NCBI GenBank assembly: GCA_043745805.1 | Contig: JAYTSD010000008.1 | Location: 258,569-322,568 of the forward strand | Source of the DNA: Fibrobacteria bacterium | Lineage (GTDB): Bacteria; Fibrobacterota; Fibrobacteria; UBA11236 | Length of the DNA stretch: 64,000 nucleotides | Reading direction: 5' to 3' | Shown: positions 45,625 through 54,920 of the stretch, in pieces | Layout of the letters: each line of letters opens with the position of its first letter | Numbering within the stretch: position 1 is the stretch's first letter | Translations under genes and position numbers: made by a program | The notes under the pieces: generated by a model | The model's input: the letters and a program-made list of their open reading frames with translations, nothing else | The model's database searches: none | Told to the model about the DNA's origin: nothing

Positions 45625-45990
45625 ATGGATACGCAAATAGAACTACAAATTTCTGACTTGACCAATGTTCCCAATGGAAAATTGATCAAATTCGTCGGCG
45701 ATTTGGATGCCACCAATGTGGAAAGCACGCTGGATCAGGTCACTCATCTTATACGTGAAGGTTTTGTAAATATTGTGGCAGATTTTCGTAATCTCCGCTA
45801 TGTGAATAGCACGGGATTGGGTATTTTACTCCATTTTAGCAAAACCGCTCGTGAACGCAGTGGTTCTTTTAAAATTGCTAATGTGAATGACAATGTATAT
45901 GAAATCATCGAAATAATTGGGGCCAACACTTTACTCGATATTTATGATAATATCGAGGAAGCCGTAAATGCGTTTGCAGGCAAACGTTAG
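45625..45990 (+). CDS. STAS-domain anti-sigma factor antagonist (SpoIIAA/RsbV-like)
   Basis: 'LRYVNSTGLGILLHFSKTARERSGSFKIANVNDNVYEIIEIIGANTLLDIY' places the phosphorylatable Ser/Thr (the 'NSTG' region) in the canonical position. Confidence 0.7.
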   Translation: MDTQIELQISDLTNVPNGKLIKFVGDLDATNVESTLDQVTHLIREGFVNIVADFRNLRYVNSTGLGILLHFSKTARERSGSFKIANVNDNVYEIIEIIGANTLLDIYDNIEEAVNAFAGKR

Positions 45991-46097
45991 TTCGCTCCAG
46001 TTTACTGCCTTTCACGTTCTCCCACAAAATTCCTAAGGAATGCCTATTTTCCTCTTGTGAGATTTTGTAATTTTATTGCCTCAAAAAGTTTCGAAGG

Positions 46098-48608
46098 ATG
46101 TTTATGAAAAAAGTATTGCCTTTTGTTCCGCTGCTTTTCCTACTTGCATGTGAAGGGAAAAGAGACACCTCAGGAGCCATGGCGCGTATTGATGGTACCA
46201 CGTATACTCAAAATGATTTTCAACTTTTAATTAAATCTCTTCCAAAAGACCGACAAGATGAAATCTTAAGGGATCCCGAAGCGAGAAGAAAGCATTTCGA
46301 GGATGTTCTTCGTCAAAAACTATTAGCCTTGGCTGCTCAAAAAGCTGGCTATACGGATAATGCGGTACTCAAAGAACGCTTGATCACGGTTGACCAACGT
46401 ATTGTGACACAAAATTATTTTCAAGTGCATCTTAATGAAAATGGTGGATTTCCTTTTAATGAAATCGAATCATATTATAAAGCACATTCCAAAAGTTTTA
46501 TCGATGATTCAGGAAAAGTAAAACCTCTAGCGAATGTACAACCCATGGTGGTTGATTCCTTGATTATTGCTAAAGCCAATCTCGATTCTTTTTATTTAGC
46601 TGATGGAAAAAAATTTGAAAGCAAAGCCTCCTGCGATATTTCTGGATTCGTAGTGGCAAGTTCCAAAGCGGCAGAGCAAGCTATTAAAGCCATTGATGGT
46701 GGATTAGCTTTCGAAAAAGCACTAAATAAATTTTCAACGGATTCACTCCTGATAACCAATAAAGGAAAAATTGCACGTATCACTCAAGGTACGCCTTTTT
46801 GGGAATTTGGCAATGCGCTCAATACCGATAGCCTTTTCTTCAACGATAAAACCAAATTAGCCTTGGGCAAATTTACCAAGCCTATACGCAAAGATTCGAT
46901 TCACTATTATCTGGTTAAAGCCGATAGCTGTAGGCCTGCTACCATTCCCCCACTCGCACAAGTACGCCGCCAAGTACAAGAAGCTTATTTAGCACATTAT
47001 CGCGGCGCCCTAGGTGAAAATGCATTAGCGATTCTCAAAGCGAAATACAATGTCAAAATTTCGGATTTGAAAAAACCTATTAATGACGCAGATTTAAATA
47101 AATATTATGGCGAACATAAAGACCATTATCTAACTGCCGAAACCTACGATGTATATCATATAGAGTTAAAAAACAAAGATGCCTTATTGAAAAAAACAAA
47201 GAGTATAAAAACACTGGAAGACTTCAAAAAACTGGCCGGCCAAATTTCCGAAAATACTTGGACTAAATCCAAGCAAGGTTATATGGGCTTAATCAAAAAA
47301 GATCATTGCCTTCCTTATGGCATTGGCATGTTACCCTCACTCTTTGCTGATCTAGATTCTGTAAAAAATGGCTTTCTCAAAAAACCTTTTGCAAATGCAG
47401 AAACACGTAAGTGGAATGTTTTTTGGGTTACCCAAATTAATGGCAAAAAAGAAAAACCTTTTGACCGTGCAAAAGCTATGGTCAAACAAGATTATGTTAA
47501 TGAGCAAGTCAGTACTATCAAACCCGATGATACCTTAGCCTCCTTTAAAGGTGGAAAAGTTATTCTGGAAAAAAACGTGGCATTTTTAAGGCAAGAAATT
47601 CCTGCCAATGTGCAAGAGCGCTATACTCGCGAAATGCTTGTGGACTATCTATTAACTTGGGATTTAGCCACTTTAGAATCTGAAGCTTTAGGCTTGACGC
47701 AAGATCTAAAATTACAAGCCACACGTTTGCAAAATCAAGACTCCTATTGGGCCACGCAATATCAAGATTCAGTAATCAATAAAACATTTGGATTAGATAC
47801 TTTGTTATTGAAAAAAACCTTTACGGAAAATCATAATTATTTTACGAATGACAGCGCCGACCATGCGTATCTACGTTACTCCAAAGATATTGCCACCTTT
47901 TTGGAACTGAAACCACAAGATTTCGATTTAGAATATCATATTAACTCCGATAAATACAAACATGACAGCGTAACACTTTCAATGCAACAAGCGCAATATG
48001 ATATGTTTCAAAATATTAAAGGAGAGGCCGCAGCAAAAGCCGATGAACAAATCTTAGCGCGCTTGAAAAAACAATTTCATGTTGAAATTCTAGACCCAAG
48101 TCTATTGCCTTCCAAACCCAAAAGCCCCAATGATAAATTTAAGCAGGCACAAAATCTTCACTATGACAGAAAGCTAGATCTTGCTTTAGTTATATATAAG
48201 GAATTACGGTCGCAATTTCCTGAAATGAAAGGCTTACAAGATTCTATTTGTTTTGGCATGGCCCAAATTTATATCGAACAAGAAAATTTTTCGGCAGCCT
48301 TAGCCGAGTATCGTCGTCTTTCTTATCTCTATCCTGAAAGTGCTGATAATTATAAAGCCCAGTTTATGTTAGGTTTTATTTATGCTGAGCATCTGAAACA
48401 AGATTCATCCGCAGTACGCGCTTTCGAAACCATGTTGCAAAAATATCCTAAAACCGATTTGTCGGATGATGCCGATTGGATGATTAGGAATATTCGCAGC
48501 GGTGGAAAATTAATGCCTCAATTAGAAGGAGAGAGCTCAACTAAGGACACCGTAACCGTACCACAGGTCCCGCAAGCTGAAAAGAAAGAAGCGAAAAAGA
48601 CGAAATAA
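46098..48608 (+). CDS. Lipoprotein: SurA-N-like chaperone domain, parvulin-type PPIase domain(s) and a C-terminal TPR (CpoB/YbgF-like) module
   Basis: Lipobox 'LLACEG'. PPIC-type regions are present. The C-terminal TPR reads 'AQIYIEQENFSAALAEYRRLSYLYPES'. Confidence 0.55.
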   Translation: MFMKKVLPFVPLLFLLACEGKRDTSGAMARIDGTTYTQNDFQLLIKSLPKDRQDEILRDPEARRKHFEDVLRQKLLALAAQKAGYTDNAVLKERLITVDQRIVTQNYFQVHLNENGGFPFNEIESYYKAHSKSFIDDSGKVKPLANVQPMVVDSLIIAKANLDSFYLADGKKFESKASCDISGFVVASSKAAEQAIKAIDGGLAFEKALNKFSTDSLLITNKGKIARITQGTPFWEFGNALNTDSLFFNDKTKLALGKFTKPIRKDSIHYYLVKADSCRPATIPPLAQVRRQVQEAYLAHYRGALGENALAILKAKYNVKISDLKKPINDADLNKYYGEHKDHYLTAETYDVYHIELKNKDALLKKTKSIKTLEDFKKLAGQISENTWTKSKQGYMGLIKKDHCLPYGIGMLPSLFADLDSVKNGFLKKPFANAETRKWNVFWVTQINGKKEKPFDRAKAMVKQDYVNEQVSTIKPDDTLASFKGGKVILEKNVAFLRQEIPANVQERYTREMLVDYLLTWDLATLESEALGLTQDLKLQATRLQNQDSYWATQYQDSVINKTFGLDTLLLKKTFTENHNYFTNDSADHAYLRYSKDIATFLELKPQDFDLEYHINSDKYKHDSVTLSMQQAQYDMFQNIKGEAAAKADEQILARLKKQFHVEILDPSLLPSKPKSPNDKFKQAQNLHYDRKLDLALVIYKELRSQFPEMKGLQDSICFGMAQIYIEQENFSAALAEYRRLSYLYPESADNYKAQFMLGFIYAEHLKQDSSAVRAFETMLQKYPKTDLSDDADWMIRNIRSGGKLMPQLEGESSTKDTVTVPQVPQAEKKEAKKTK

Positions 48609-48609
48609 A

Positions 48610-48650
48610 AAAAATCCCGCTTCCAATTTGTACTGGATTGCGGGATTTTT
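48610..48650. terminator. Bidirectional rho-independent terminator shared by the PPIase gene (+) and tRNA-Gly (-)
   Basis: A 9-bp stem AAATCCCGC/GCGGGATTT with an inner TCCA/TGGA helix is flanked by an A-run on one side and a T-run on the other. Confidence 0.7.
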
Positions 48651-48726
48651 TGGAGCGGATTAAGGGATTCGAACCCTCGGCCTTCTGCTTGGGAAGCAGA
48701 AGCTCTACCAACTGAGCTAAATCCGC
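48651..48726 (-). tRNA. tRNA-Gly (anticodon CCC), 3' CCA encoded
   Basis: Reverse complement GCGGATTTAGCTCAGTTGGTAGAGC...TTCCCAA...GGTTCGAATCC...AATCCGCTCCA. The cloverleaf was checked by hand. Confidence 0.8.
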
Positions 48727-48763
48727 AACAGCTGGAAATATAATCAATTCAAAAGGAAATAAA

Positions 48764-49204
48764 ATGGAAAGCACATTAGTAATTATTAAACCCAATGGTG
48801 TAAGCGGCGGACTAGTTGGAGAAATTGTAGGGCGATTTGAAAAATCTCGCTTAGCTCTCAAAGCCATGAAATTAAAACAAGTAAGTCGTGCCGAAGCAGA
48901 AGGCTTTTATGCAGAACATAAGGAACGTCCTTTCTTTCCTGAATTGGTGGACTTTATGTCCTCGGGTCCAGTTGTGCTTTTAGCCTTACAAGGTGAAAAA
49001 GCCATTGAAGCAGTGCGTGGAATGAATGGCGCTACCAATCCAAAAAATGCTTTACCAGGAACTATTCGTTTTGACTTTGCGCCTAGCACAGGTGCAAATA
49101 TTGTGCACTCCTCCGACTCTTCTCAAAGCGCCGCGAGAGAAATTTCTTTTTGGTTTCAAGATTCTGAATTAGTGGAATACCCCGCTTATTCGAATATACG
49201 CTAA
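48764..49204 (+). CDS. ndk: Nucleoside-diphosphate kinase
   Basis: 'TLVIIKPNGV...GEIVGRFEK' and the active-site 'NIVHSSDS' (His) are present. Confidence 0.85.
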   Translation: MESTLVIIKPNGVSGGLVGEIVGRFEKSRLALKAMKLKQVSRAEAEGFYAEHKERPFFPELVDFMSSGPVVLLALQGEKAIEAVRGMNGATNPKNALPGTIRFDFAPSTGANIVHSSDSSQSAAREISFWFQDSELVEYPAYSNIR

Positions 49205-49259
49205 TTAGTCACAGACTTTTTTAGATTTACGATTTTAAGACTTCAGAGGAGAATGCATT

Positions 49260-49769
49260 ATGCAAATCCCCTATCAAGGGAAAAAACCTCAAGTCCATGA
49301 ATCGGTTTTTCTTGCCCCTGGTGCGAGTATCATTGGTGATACCCGTATCGGGCAGGATTCCTCGGTTTTTTTTGGCTGTGTTTTACGTGGCGATATTAAT
49401 TCCATAACCATTGGGCGAGCTACCAATGTTCAAGATTTAACCACCTTGCATGTAGCAAGTGATATCCCTGTACAAATTGGGGACGAAGTTTCCATTGGCC
49501 ATGGCTGCCTTATTCATGCTTGTACACTTGCGAATCGCATTCTTGTAGGTATGGGAAGCATCATTATGGATGGCGTGGAAATCGGTGAGGATTGTCTAGT
49601 CGCTGCGGGAAGCTTACTTCCAAAAGGCAAAATTTATTATCCTGGATCTTTAATCATTGGAAATCCCGCACGTATACTGCGACCACTAACCCCCGAAGAA
49701 ATCAAAAGCATCGCTCAGCTCGCAAAAAAATATGTGGGAGTAAAAAATGGATATCTTAATAATCCGTGA
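49260..49769 (+). CDS. Gamma-class carbonic anhydrase family protein (hexapeptide-repeat, LbH fold)
   Basis: 'VHESVFLAPGASIIGDTRIG...FGCVLRGD' is typical of YrdA/PaaY-like gamma-CA. Confidence 0.75.
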   Translation: MQIPYQGKKPQVHESVFLAPGASIIGDTRIGQDSSVFFGCVLRGDINSITIGRATNVQDLTTLHVASDIPVQIGDEVSIGHGCLIHACTLANRILVGMGSIIMDGVEIGEDCLVAAGSLLPKGKIYYPGSLIIGNPARILRPLTPEEIKSIAQLAKKYVGVKNGYLNNP

Positions 49770-50368
49770 AAAACTTTTTTAAAAATTTTGCGTTTCTGCT
49801 TATTGTAATCACATTAAGTTGCTGGATCATTAATCAATATATTATTGTAAAAACTCAAAAAAGAATACTTTCTTTAGCCGATAATATTCCCATTGTCGAA
49901 GCGGTTGTTGTACCTGGAGCTAGTGTTTATCGGTCGGGAAAGCTTTCGCCGGCATTATCACAAAGAATGGATGCAGGTATTATGGTTAAAAAAAAATATC
50001 CAAGCATACCATTAATTTTATCGGGGCATTCTATTCCCAATGGATACAATGAAACCCTTGCGATGATAGAATATGCCCGTGAAAAAGGAATTCCTGCTAC
50101 CAATATATTAGCGGATGAAAGAGGTCGTTCCACCTACGTCACCCTATTAAATTGTCGCCAAAAATTTCATTTACAAAAAATTCTCATTGTGAGCCAAAGC
50201 TTTTATTTACCGCGGACTTTGTATATTGCCGAATCGCTGGGTCTCGATGCCTATGGTTTAGTGGTGGAAGATAGCGCTCATAGCGACGTTTTTCATCCGC
50301 GTGAATTCATTTCTCGAATTAAAGACTTTTTCTTTTTAAAATTAACCAGGCTTTTTCGTGCCGCTTAA
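49766..50368 (+). CDS. SanA/YdcF/ElyC (DUF218) family membrane-anchored protein
   Basis: N-terminal TM, then 'AVVVPGASVYRSGKLSPALSQRMDAGIMV...ILSG'. Confidence 0.6.
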   Translation: MKNFFKNFAFLLIVITLSCWIINQYIIVKTQKRILSLADNIPIVEAVVVPGASVYRSGKLSPALSQRMDAGIMVKKKYPSIPLILSGHSIPNGYNETLAMIEYAREKGIPATNILADERGRSTYVTLLNCRQKFHLQKILIVSQSFYLPRTLYIAESLGLDAYGLVVEDSAHSDVFHPREFISRIKDFFFLKLTRLFRAA

Positions 50369-51356
50369 ACAAAGTCCTTTGCTTCTTGCATTTTTAATAA
50401 ACCCCTTTTCGGGTGGAGGCGTGGGTAAAAGGGTGTTTCATCAATTGCCCGAAATAATGGCTTCCTTCGGAATGGATAGTTCGGAATGGACCGCAGAGCT
50501 TACCGAAGAAAATCGCTTAGAAGAACAAACGGATGCCTTCTTATTGGCAGCGCAAAAAGTAATTGCCGTGGGTGGAGATGGAACCATTGGCTTTGTACTC
50601 AATCGCTTACGCAAACAACATTTACCGCATACGCAAATAGGTTTAATTCCCTTGGGTACTGGAAATGATTTAGGGCGTACCTTGGGCATTTATAATATTT
50701 ATTCGCAAAGAGGTTTACTCGCCAGTGTGAAGCGTTTATTAAGAGCGCAATCCACCAAATTCGATTTATGGGAAATTAATCGCGATAAAACTCTCGCTTC
50801 GTATCTGTCCTTAGGCTTAGATGCATCCGTATTATATGATTTTGATACTGCACGTAAAGCCGGACGCATTCCTAAAGGAGCTTGGTTCAATCGTTTATAC
50901 TATGTGCGATCTTTTATTAAGCATAGTACTTATCGTATTCGTGAGCCTATTGAATTGGAACTGGAATTTGCTGGAGAAAAAAAAACCATCTCCTTAAAAA
51001 ATAAAGTGTGCTGTTTAGTGGCAAATATTAATTCCTATGCGGCCGGAGCGCATCCCTTTTTAACCAATCCTTTCGATGATGGAAAATTGGAAGTTATAGT
51101 TTTTGATAATATATGGAAATTTGCTGCCTTAACTATTGGTTCCCGCATTTACCCTCGCTTTGCAAAGTTTTTACATAAACATTTGCCCACCTATAATGCC
51201 ACATCGGTGCATATTAAAGGAGCAAACGCAACACCCTGCCAGCTTGATGGCGAAGACTTAAGCGAATATTGTCGGCAACAAAATGCATTGTCTATTCATG
51301 CTGCTCAATCCGTGCAATTATTGGATTTGCGTAGCGCCAATTTTAGCCTCTTTTAA
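50358..51356 (+). CDS. Diacylglycerol kinase-family lipid kinase (DAGK_cat / YegS-like)
   Basis: 'VIAVGGDGTIGFVLNRL' and 'PLGTGNDLGRTLGI' are present. Confidence 0.7.
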   Translation: MPLKQSPLLLAFLINPFSGGGVGKRVFHQLPEIMASFGMDSSEWTAELTEENRLEEQTDAFLLAAQKVIAVGGDGTIGFVLNRLRKQHLPHTQIGLIPLGTGNDLGRTLGIYNIYSQRGLLASVKRLLRAQSTKFDLWEINRDKTLASYLSLGLDASVLYDFDTARKAGRIPKGAWFNRLYYVRSFIKHSTYRIREPIELELEFAGEKKTISLKNKVCCLVANINSYAAGAHPFLTNPFDDGKLEVIVFDNIWKFAALTIGSRIYPRFAKFLHKHLPTYNATSVHIKGANATPCQLDGEDLSEYCRQQNALSIHAAQSVQLLDLRSANFSLF

Positions 51357-51384
51357 AGCTTTGTATAACTCAATTATGGCACTC

Positions 51385-52131
51385 TTATAACTCTAATAAC
51401 ATTTCCATATCGTCCGTAACAATACCCGCGACATGTTCGGCTTCGGCCTGTAAAAAATTTTCTTTGCCAATAATATCCCAAAGCAATATTCGATTCGGGG
51501 TAACCGAAGTGTGAAGCATATTATTTTGTTTTTGATTTTTCAAAAACAAATTCCAAGCCATCGAAAAGTACTTCAACTTCATTCCATTCGCCGAGGCATC
51601 TAGCATCATTGCTTTTTGCAAACTTTCTTCATCCTCAAGAATAACCGCTAAATTCGGGAAAATATCTTTTTGTATACAAAATTCAATTAAAGGTAAATGA
51701 AAGCTCGCTAAAAAAGTTAGCGGATGAACCTTACTGGCCTGCACCAAGGCAATGGTTTTAAGGACTAAAGATTGCCAATAATTTTCTTGCGCGAATTTAA
51801 TAGCGGGGATTTTTAACTCCAAATAAAAAGGATGCCCTGCAAATTCATTTAAAAAATCTGCGAGAGACGGTATTTTACTAGTTTCCCCTTGCGCATTGGA
51901 TAAAATTATTTTTTGTATTTCCGAAAAAGGCAATTCAAAGGGTTGCAAATCACAATGGCCAAGCCGGTTTGCATTATCGTCATGAAAAATAAAAGGAATG
52001 CCGTCTGCGCTAAGTTGCACATCAAACTCGATCATATCACATCCCGAATCATAGGCGGCGCGAAAAGATTCTAAAGTGTTTTCAATATGAACTTGATGAA
52101 ATCCTCGATGAGCTATTTTAAATGGATGCAC
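51385..52131 (-). CDS. Glycerophosphodiester phosphodiesterase family protein
   Basis: 'KIAHRGFHQVHIENTLESFRAAYDSGCDMIEFDVQLSADGIPFIFHDD' contains the GDPD H-R...E-D...H-D motifs. Confidence 0.75.
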   Translation of the reverse strand: MHPFKIAHRGFHQVHIENTLESFRAAYDSGCDMIEFDVQLSADGIPFIFHDDNANRLGHCDLQPFELPFSEIQKIILSNAQGETSKIPSLADFLNEFAGHPFYLELKIPAIKFAQENYWQSLVLKTIALVQASKVHPLTFLASFHLPLIEFCIQKDIFPNLAVILEDEESLQKAMMLDASANGMKLKYFSMAWNLFLKNQKQNNMLHTSVTPNRILLWDIIGKENFLQAEAEHVAGIVTDDMEMLLEL

Positions 52132-53716
52132 AGTGATTATTCCTTTTTAAATAAGCGGTATACGACAAATCCATTTGACCAGTATAACCTGGCACTTCCT
52201 TTTGAAAAATTTGCTCCACCGCCACTAGAGAGGCCATTCCCCCACTGCGCGTAAAAAACAAATCCGTGCGGCGGCGATAAAAATCAAGTGGGCAACGTGC
52301 AAATTCCTTGTGAATGGAGAAATAAACTTCGCCTGCTAGTAATTGTTCTTTTTCAGCTAAATAATTTTGATACTCCGGTTTTTGCATTATGAACTCTGTC
52401 AACTCCACTGCACGAGCGCCGTAGCGACGTAACCATAAGGTTATCAGTGAAATATCCAAAAAAGAAAATTTAGCGAGCGTCTTCTCTAACCTGTCCTTGG
52501 TCTCGGCATTTTTCCAGCCCCCAGGAAAAATTTTGTTTTGCAAAGATTGCATGGCTTTTTCGGGAAACATGAATTGAAAATAACCTTCTGCAAATTGGCG
52601 ATGCGTAGTATATTTTCCACCGACCGCAGAAAAAACATGTTCTTCCATTTTATGAAATACTTGTTCGCGACTTAAAGCCGATGTGCCCAGGCCTTTAGCT
52701 CTCGCCAAAGGACGTATACCTGTAATCGTGCAAATAGGCTGTAGATTTTCTTTGGGGAAATAGGTTTTTGTCCAATTGATAAGATCAGTAATTTCCGATT
52801 CTAAGGCTTTAGGTTCTTCAAGCGCTTCTTTCAATTCGGTTTCAGTAGTCCCAATTAAATGACCATATTTCCAAGGCACCACAAAAAAATACCGCTTACT
52901 TTGGGGTATAGGTAATATAAAACAATTTTGGGAATCTAGTTTATCTACCAATAAATGTATGCCTTGACTTAATCGCAACTGCGCCGTTTGTCCGGTAAAT
53001 TTTTTTTCAATAATTTTATCTGTCCATGGCCCCAGCGTAAAAGCAATATTATCGCAATGCAAAACTTTTTCTTTTTGGCTTAAACGATCTAATACCGTTA
53101 CTTCTAAGTTACGGATGATTTTAGCTTTGGATTGATTTTTACTGGCTCTTTCGGCTAATCGTTCCACACCTATGAAGCGATGATAATTAAATACCTCGGC
53201 CCCAAGCTGCTGTGCATCAAGGATATTTTCTAGCACTAAGCGCGCATCATCCATAACACAATCCGAATAAGCATAAGCCCCACAATTTTCTTCAGGTAAA
53301 AAAGCCGGTTCGGTTTTGTGTAGTTTTAATGCATTTAACCAAGTATGCGGCTTTAAGGCTTGGCGACCCGCCATAAAATCATATAAAATCATGCCCATTT
53401 TAATAGCTGGGCGAAAATGCCGACCCAGCCTAGTATTCGGAAAAAGAAAGCGCTTTTCTTCCACCAGATGAGGGGCCGTGTGCAAAAGGTTTAAGCGTTC
53501 TCTTACCGATCCGCGGACCAAACTAAAATCAAAATTTTCGAGATAGCGCAACCCCCCGTGAATTAATTTCGAGGTGGCGGTACTGGCTCCTTGCCCAAAA
53601 TCACCAGCTTCGAAAAGCCCTACTTTTAGCCCTTGATGCGAGGCTAACCTTGCCAAAGCGGCCCCATTTATGCCCCCACCAATAACAATTAAATCATATT
53701 CCGACTTTGTAACCAA
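52118..53716 (-). CDS. glpD: FAD-dependent glycerol-3-phosphate dehydrogenase/oxidase
   Basis: 'YDLIVIGGGINGAALARLAS...GASTATSKLIHGGLRYLE' is the GlpA/GlpD N-terminal signature. Confidence 0.8.
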   Translation of the reverse strand: MVTKSEYDLIVIGGGINGAALARLASHQGLKVGLFEAGDFGQGASTATSKLIHGGLRYLENFDFSLVRGSVRERLNLLHTAPHLVEEKRFLFPNTRLGRHFRPAIKMGMILYDFMAGRQALKPHTWLNALKLHKTEPAFLPEENCGAYAYSDCVMDDARLVLENILDAQQLGAEVFNYHRFIGVERLAERASKNQSKAKIIRNLEVTVLDRLSQKEKVLHCDNIAFTLGPWTDKIIEKKFTGQTAQLRLSQGIHLLVDKLDSQNCFILPIPQSKRYFFVVPWKYGHLIGTTETELKEALEEPKALESEITDLINWTKTYFPKENLQPICTITGIRPLARAKGLGTSALSREQVFHKMEEHVFSAVGGKYTTHRQFAEGYFQFMFPEKAMQSLQNKIFPGGWKNAETKDRLEKTLAKFSFLDISLITLWLRRYGARAVELTEFIMQKPEYQNYLAEKEQLLAGEVYFSIHKEFARCPLDFYRRRTDLFFTRSGGMASLVAVEQIFQKEVPGYTGQMDLSYTAYLKRNNHCASI

Positions 53717-53827
53717 AGTTTTCTACCCTCATGCTGATGTCACTACATGTCCACCATACAAAAATTGTACATTTCTTGGCGGAAATTATGAAAGCCTCCA
53801 AGCCTTTGTCATTTCCTCAAATGTAAC

Positions 53828-54901
53828 ATGAAAAGGATAGACGATTCCACCATTATGAAAAAACTATTAACTCCTCTCTGCCTAACTTTTTTACTTGCTT
53901 TTAGCGCATCCTTTTCTGCTGAAAAATCTGCTCCTAAAAAAACCTCCTCGGGATCAGCGAACGACGTAATTCTTACTGTGGGTGGGAATTCCATCAAGCG
54001 TAAGCAAATGGACACTTTGGCGAATATGATGCTCAAACAACGCGCGGCCAGCAATTCTCAAGCACCACTCGACATCGAAAATTTGCATATATTAATTGCC
54101 AATAATTTAATTGGACAGGAACTTCTGGATATAGAGGGGAAAAAAATAGGTTTAAAGGCCGAGCCTAAAGAAGTCGATTCCCTATTGAATTTATTCAAAA
54201 AGAATTTTGGTGGCGATCAACAATTTAAAGCGGCCTTGGCGGAAGCGGGAGATTCCGAAAAATCTTTGCGTGAAAAAATTATTCGTCAAATCAAAGCTGA
54301 TAAACTTTTAAATAAACAACTCAAAGAAATTTCCAAACCTTCCGAAAAAGAAATGCAAGATTTTTTCATTGCGAATAAATCCAAGTTTCCCATTGATGAT
54401 TCATTACGAGCGAGTCAAATCGTATTGTTACAAACCAAAGAAAGCAATGGCTTAGAAAAGAAAAATCAACTAGAAAAAATTCGCAAAGAATTAATACAAG
54501 ATAGTGGTGATATTTTTCTTCTTTTGCGTAAATTCACACAATATGCCATGCAATTTTCCGAAACACCGGAAAAGGCTGCAGGTGGTGACTTGCACTTATT
54601 TGCTCCCAAAGATTTCTCAGCCGACTTTAGTAAAAATGTATCGTTAATAAAAGCAGGACAAATCTCCCCAGTATTCAAAACCTCTTTAGGTTACCATCTG
54701 GTTATGGGTACCGAACGTCATGATGGGCAATATCAAAGCTATCGTTATGCCATTGCACAAGCCATTGCTGGACAACAAACGCAAAAAAATAGCGTTGCTT
54801 TACGAACCTATTTGCAAAGCTTGGCCACGAAGTATCCGGTAGTATATGTGGATAAATCACTTAAAGATAAAAGTGCCATGGCCATTTATTCCACCAAATA
54901 A
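53828..54901 (+). CDS. Periplasmic peptidyl-prolyl isomerase / SurA-PrsA-like foldase (parvulin type)
   Basis: It has a signal peptide. The rotamase domain ends '...GGDLHLF...SPVFKTSLGYHLV'. Confidence 0.6.
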   Translation: MKRIDDSTIMKKLLTPLCLTFLLAFSASFSAEKSAPKKTSSGSANDVILTVGGNSIKRKQMDTLANMMLKQRAASNSQAPLDIENLHILIANNLIGQELLDIEGKKIGLKAEPKEVDSLLNLFKKNFGGDQQFKAALAEAGDSEKSLREKIIRQIKADKLLNKQLKEISKPSEKEMQDFFIANKSKFPIDDSLRASQIVLLQTKESNGLEKKNQLEKIRKELIQDSGDIFLLLRKFTQYAMQFSETPEKAAGGDLHLFAPKDFSADFSKNVSLIKAGQISPVFKTSLGYHLVMGTERHDGQYQSYRYAIAQAIAGQQTQKNSVALRTYLQSLATKYPVVYVDKSLKDKSAMAIYSTK

Positions 54902-54920
54902 TTGTAAGGCGTAGATCCTC

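Noticed and set aside
48541-48867. 108-aa minus-strand ORF spanning the PPIase 3' end, the terminator, tRNA-Gly and the ndk 5' end
   Set aside because: It overlaps a structurally verified tRNA and a strong hairpin terminator. It is spurious.
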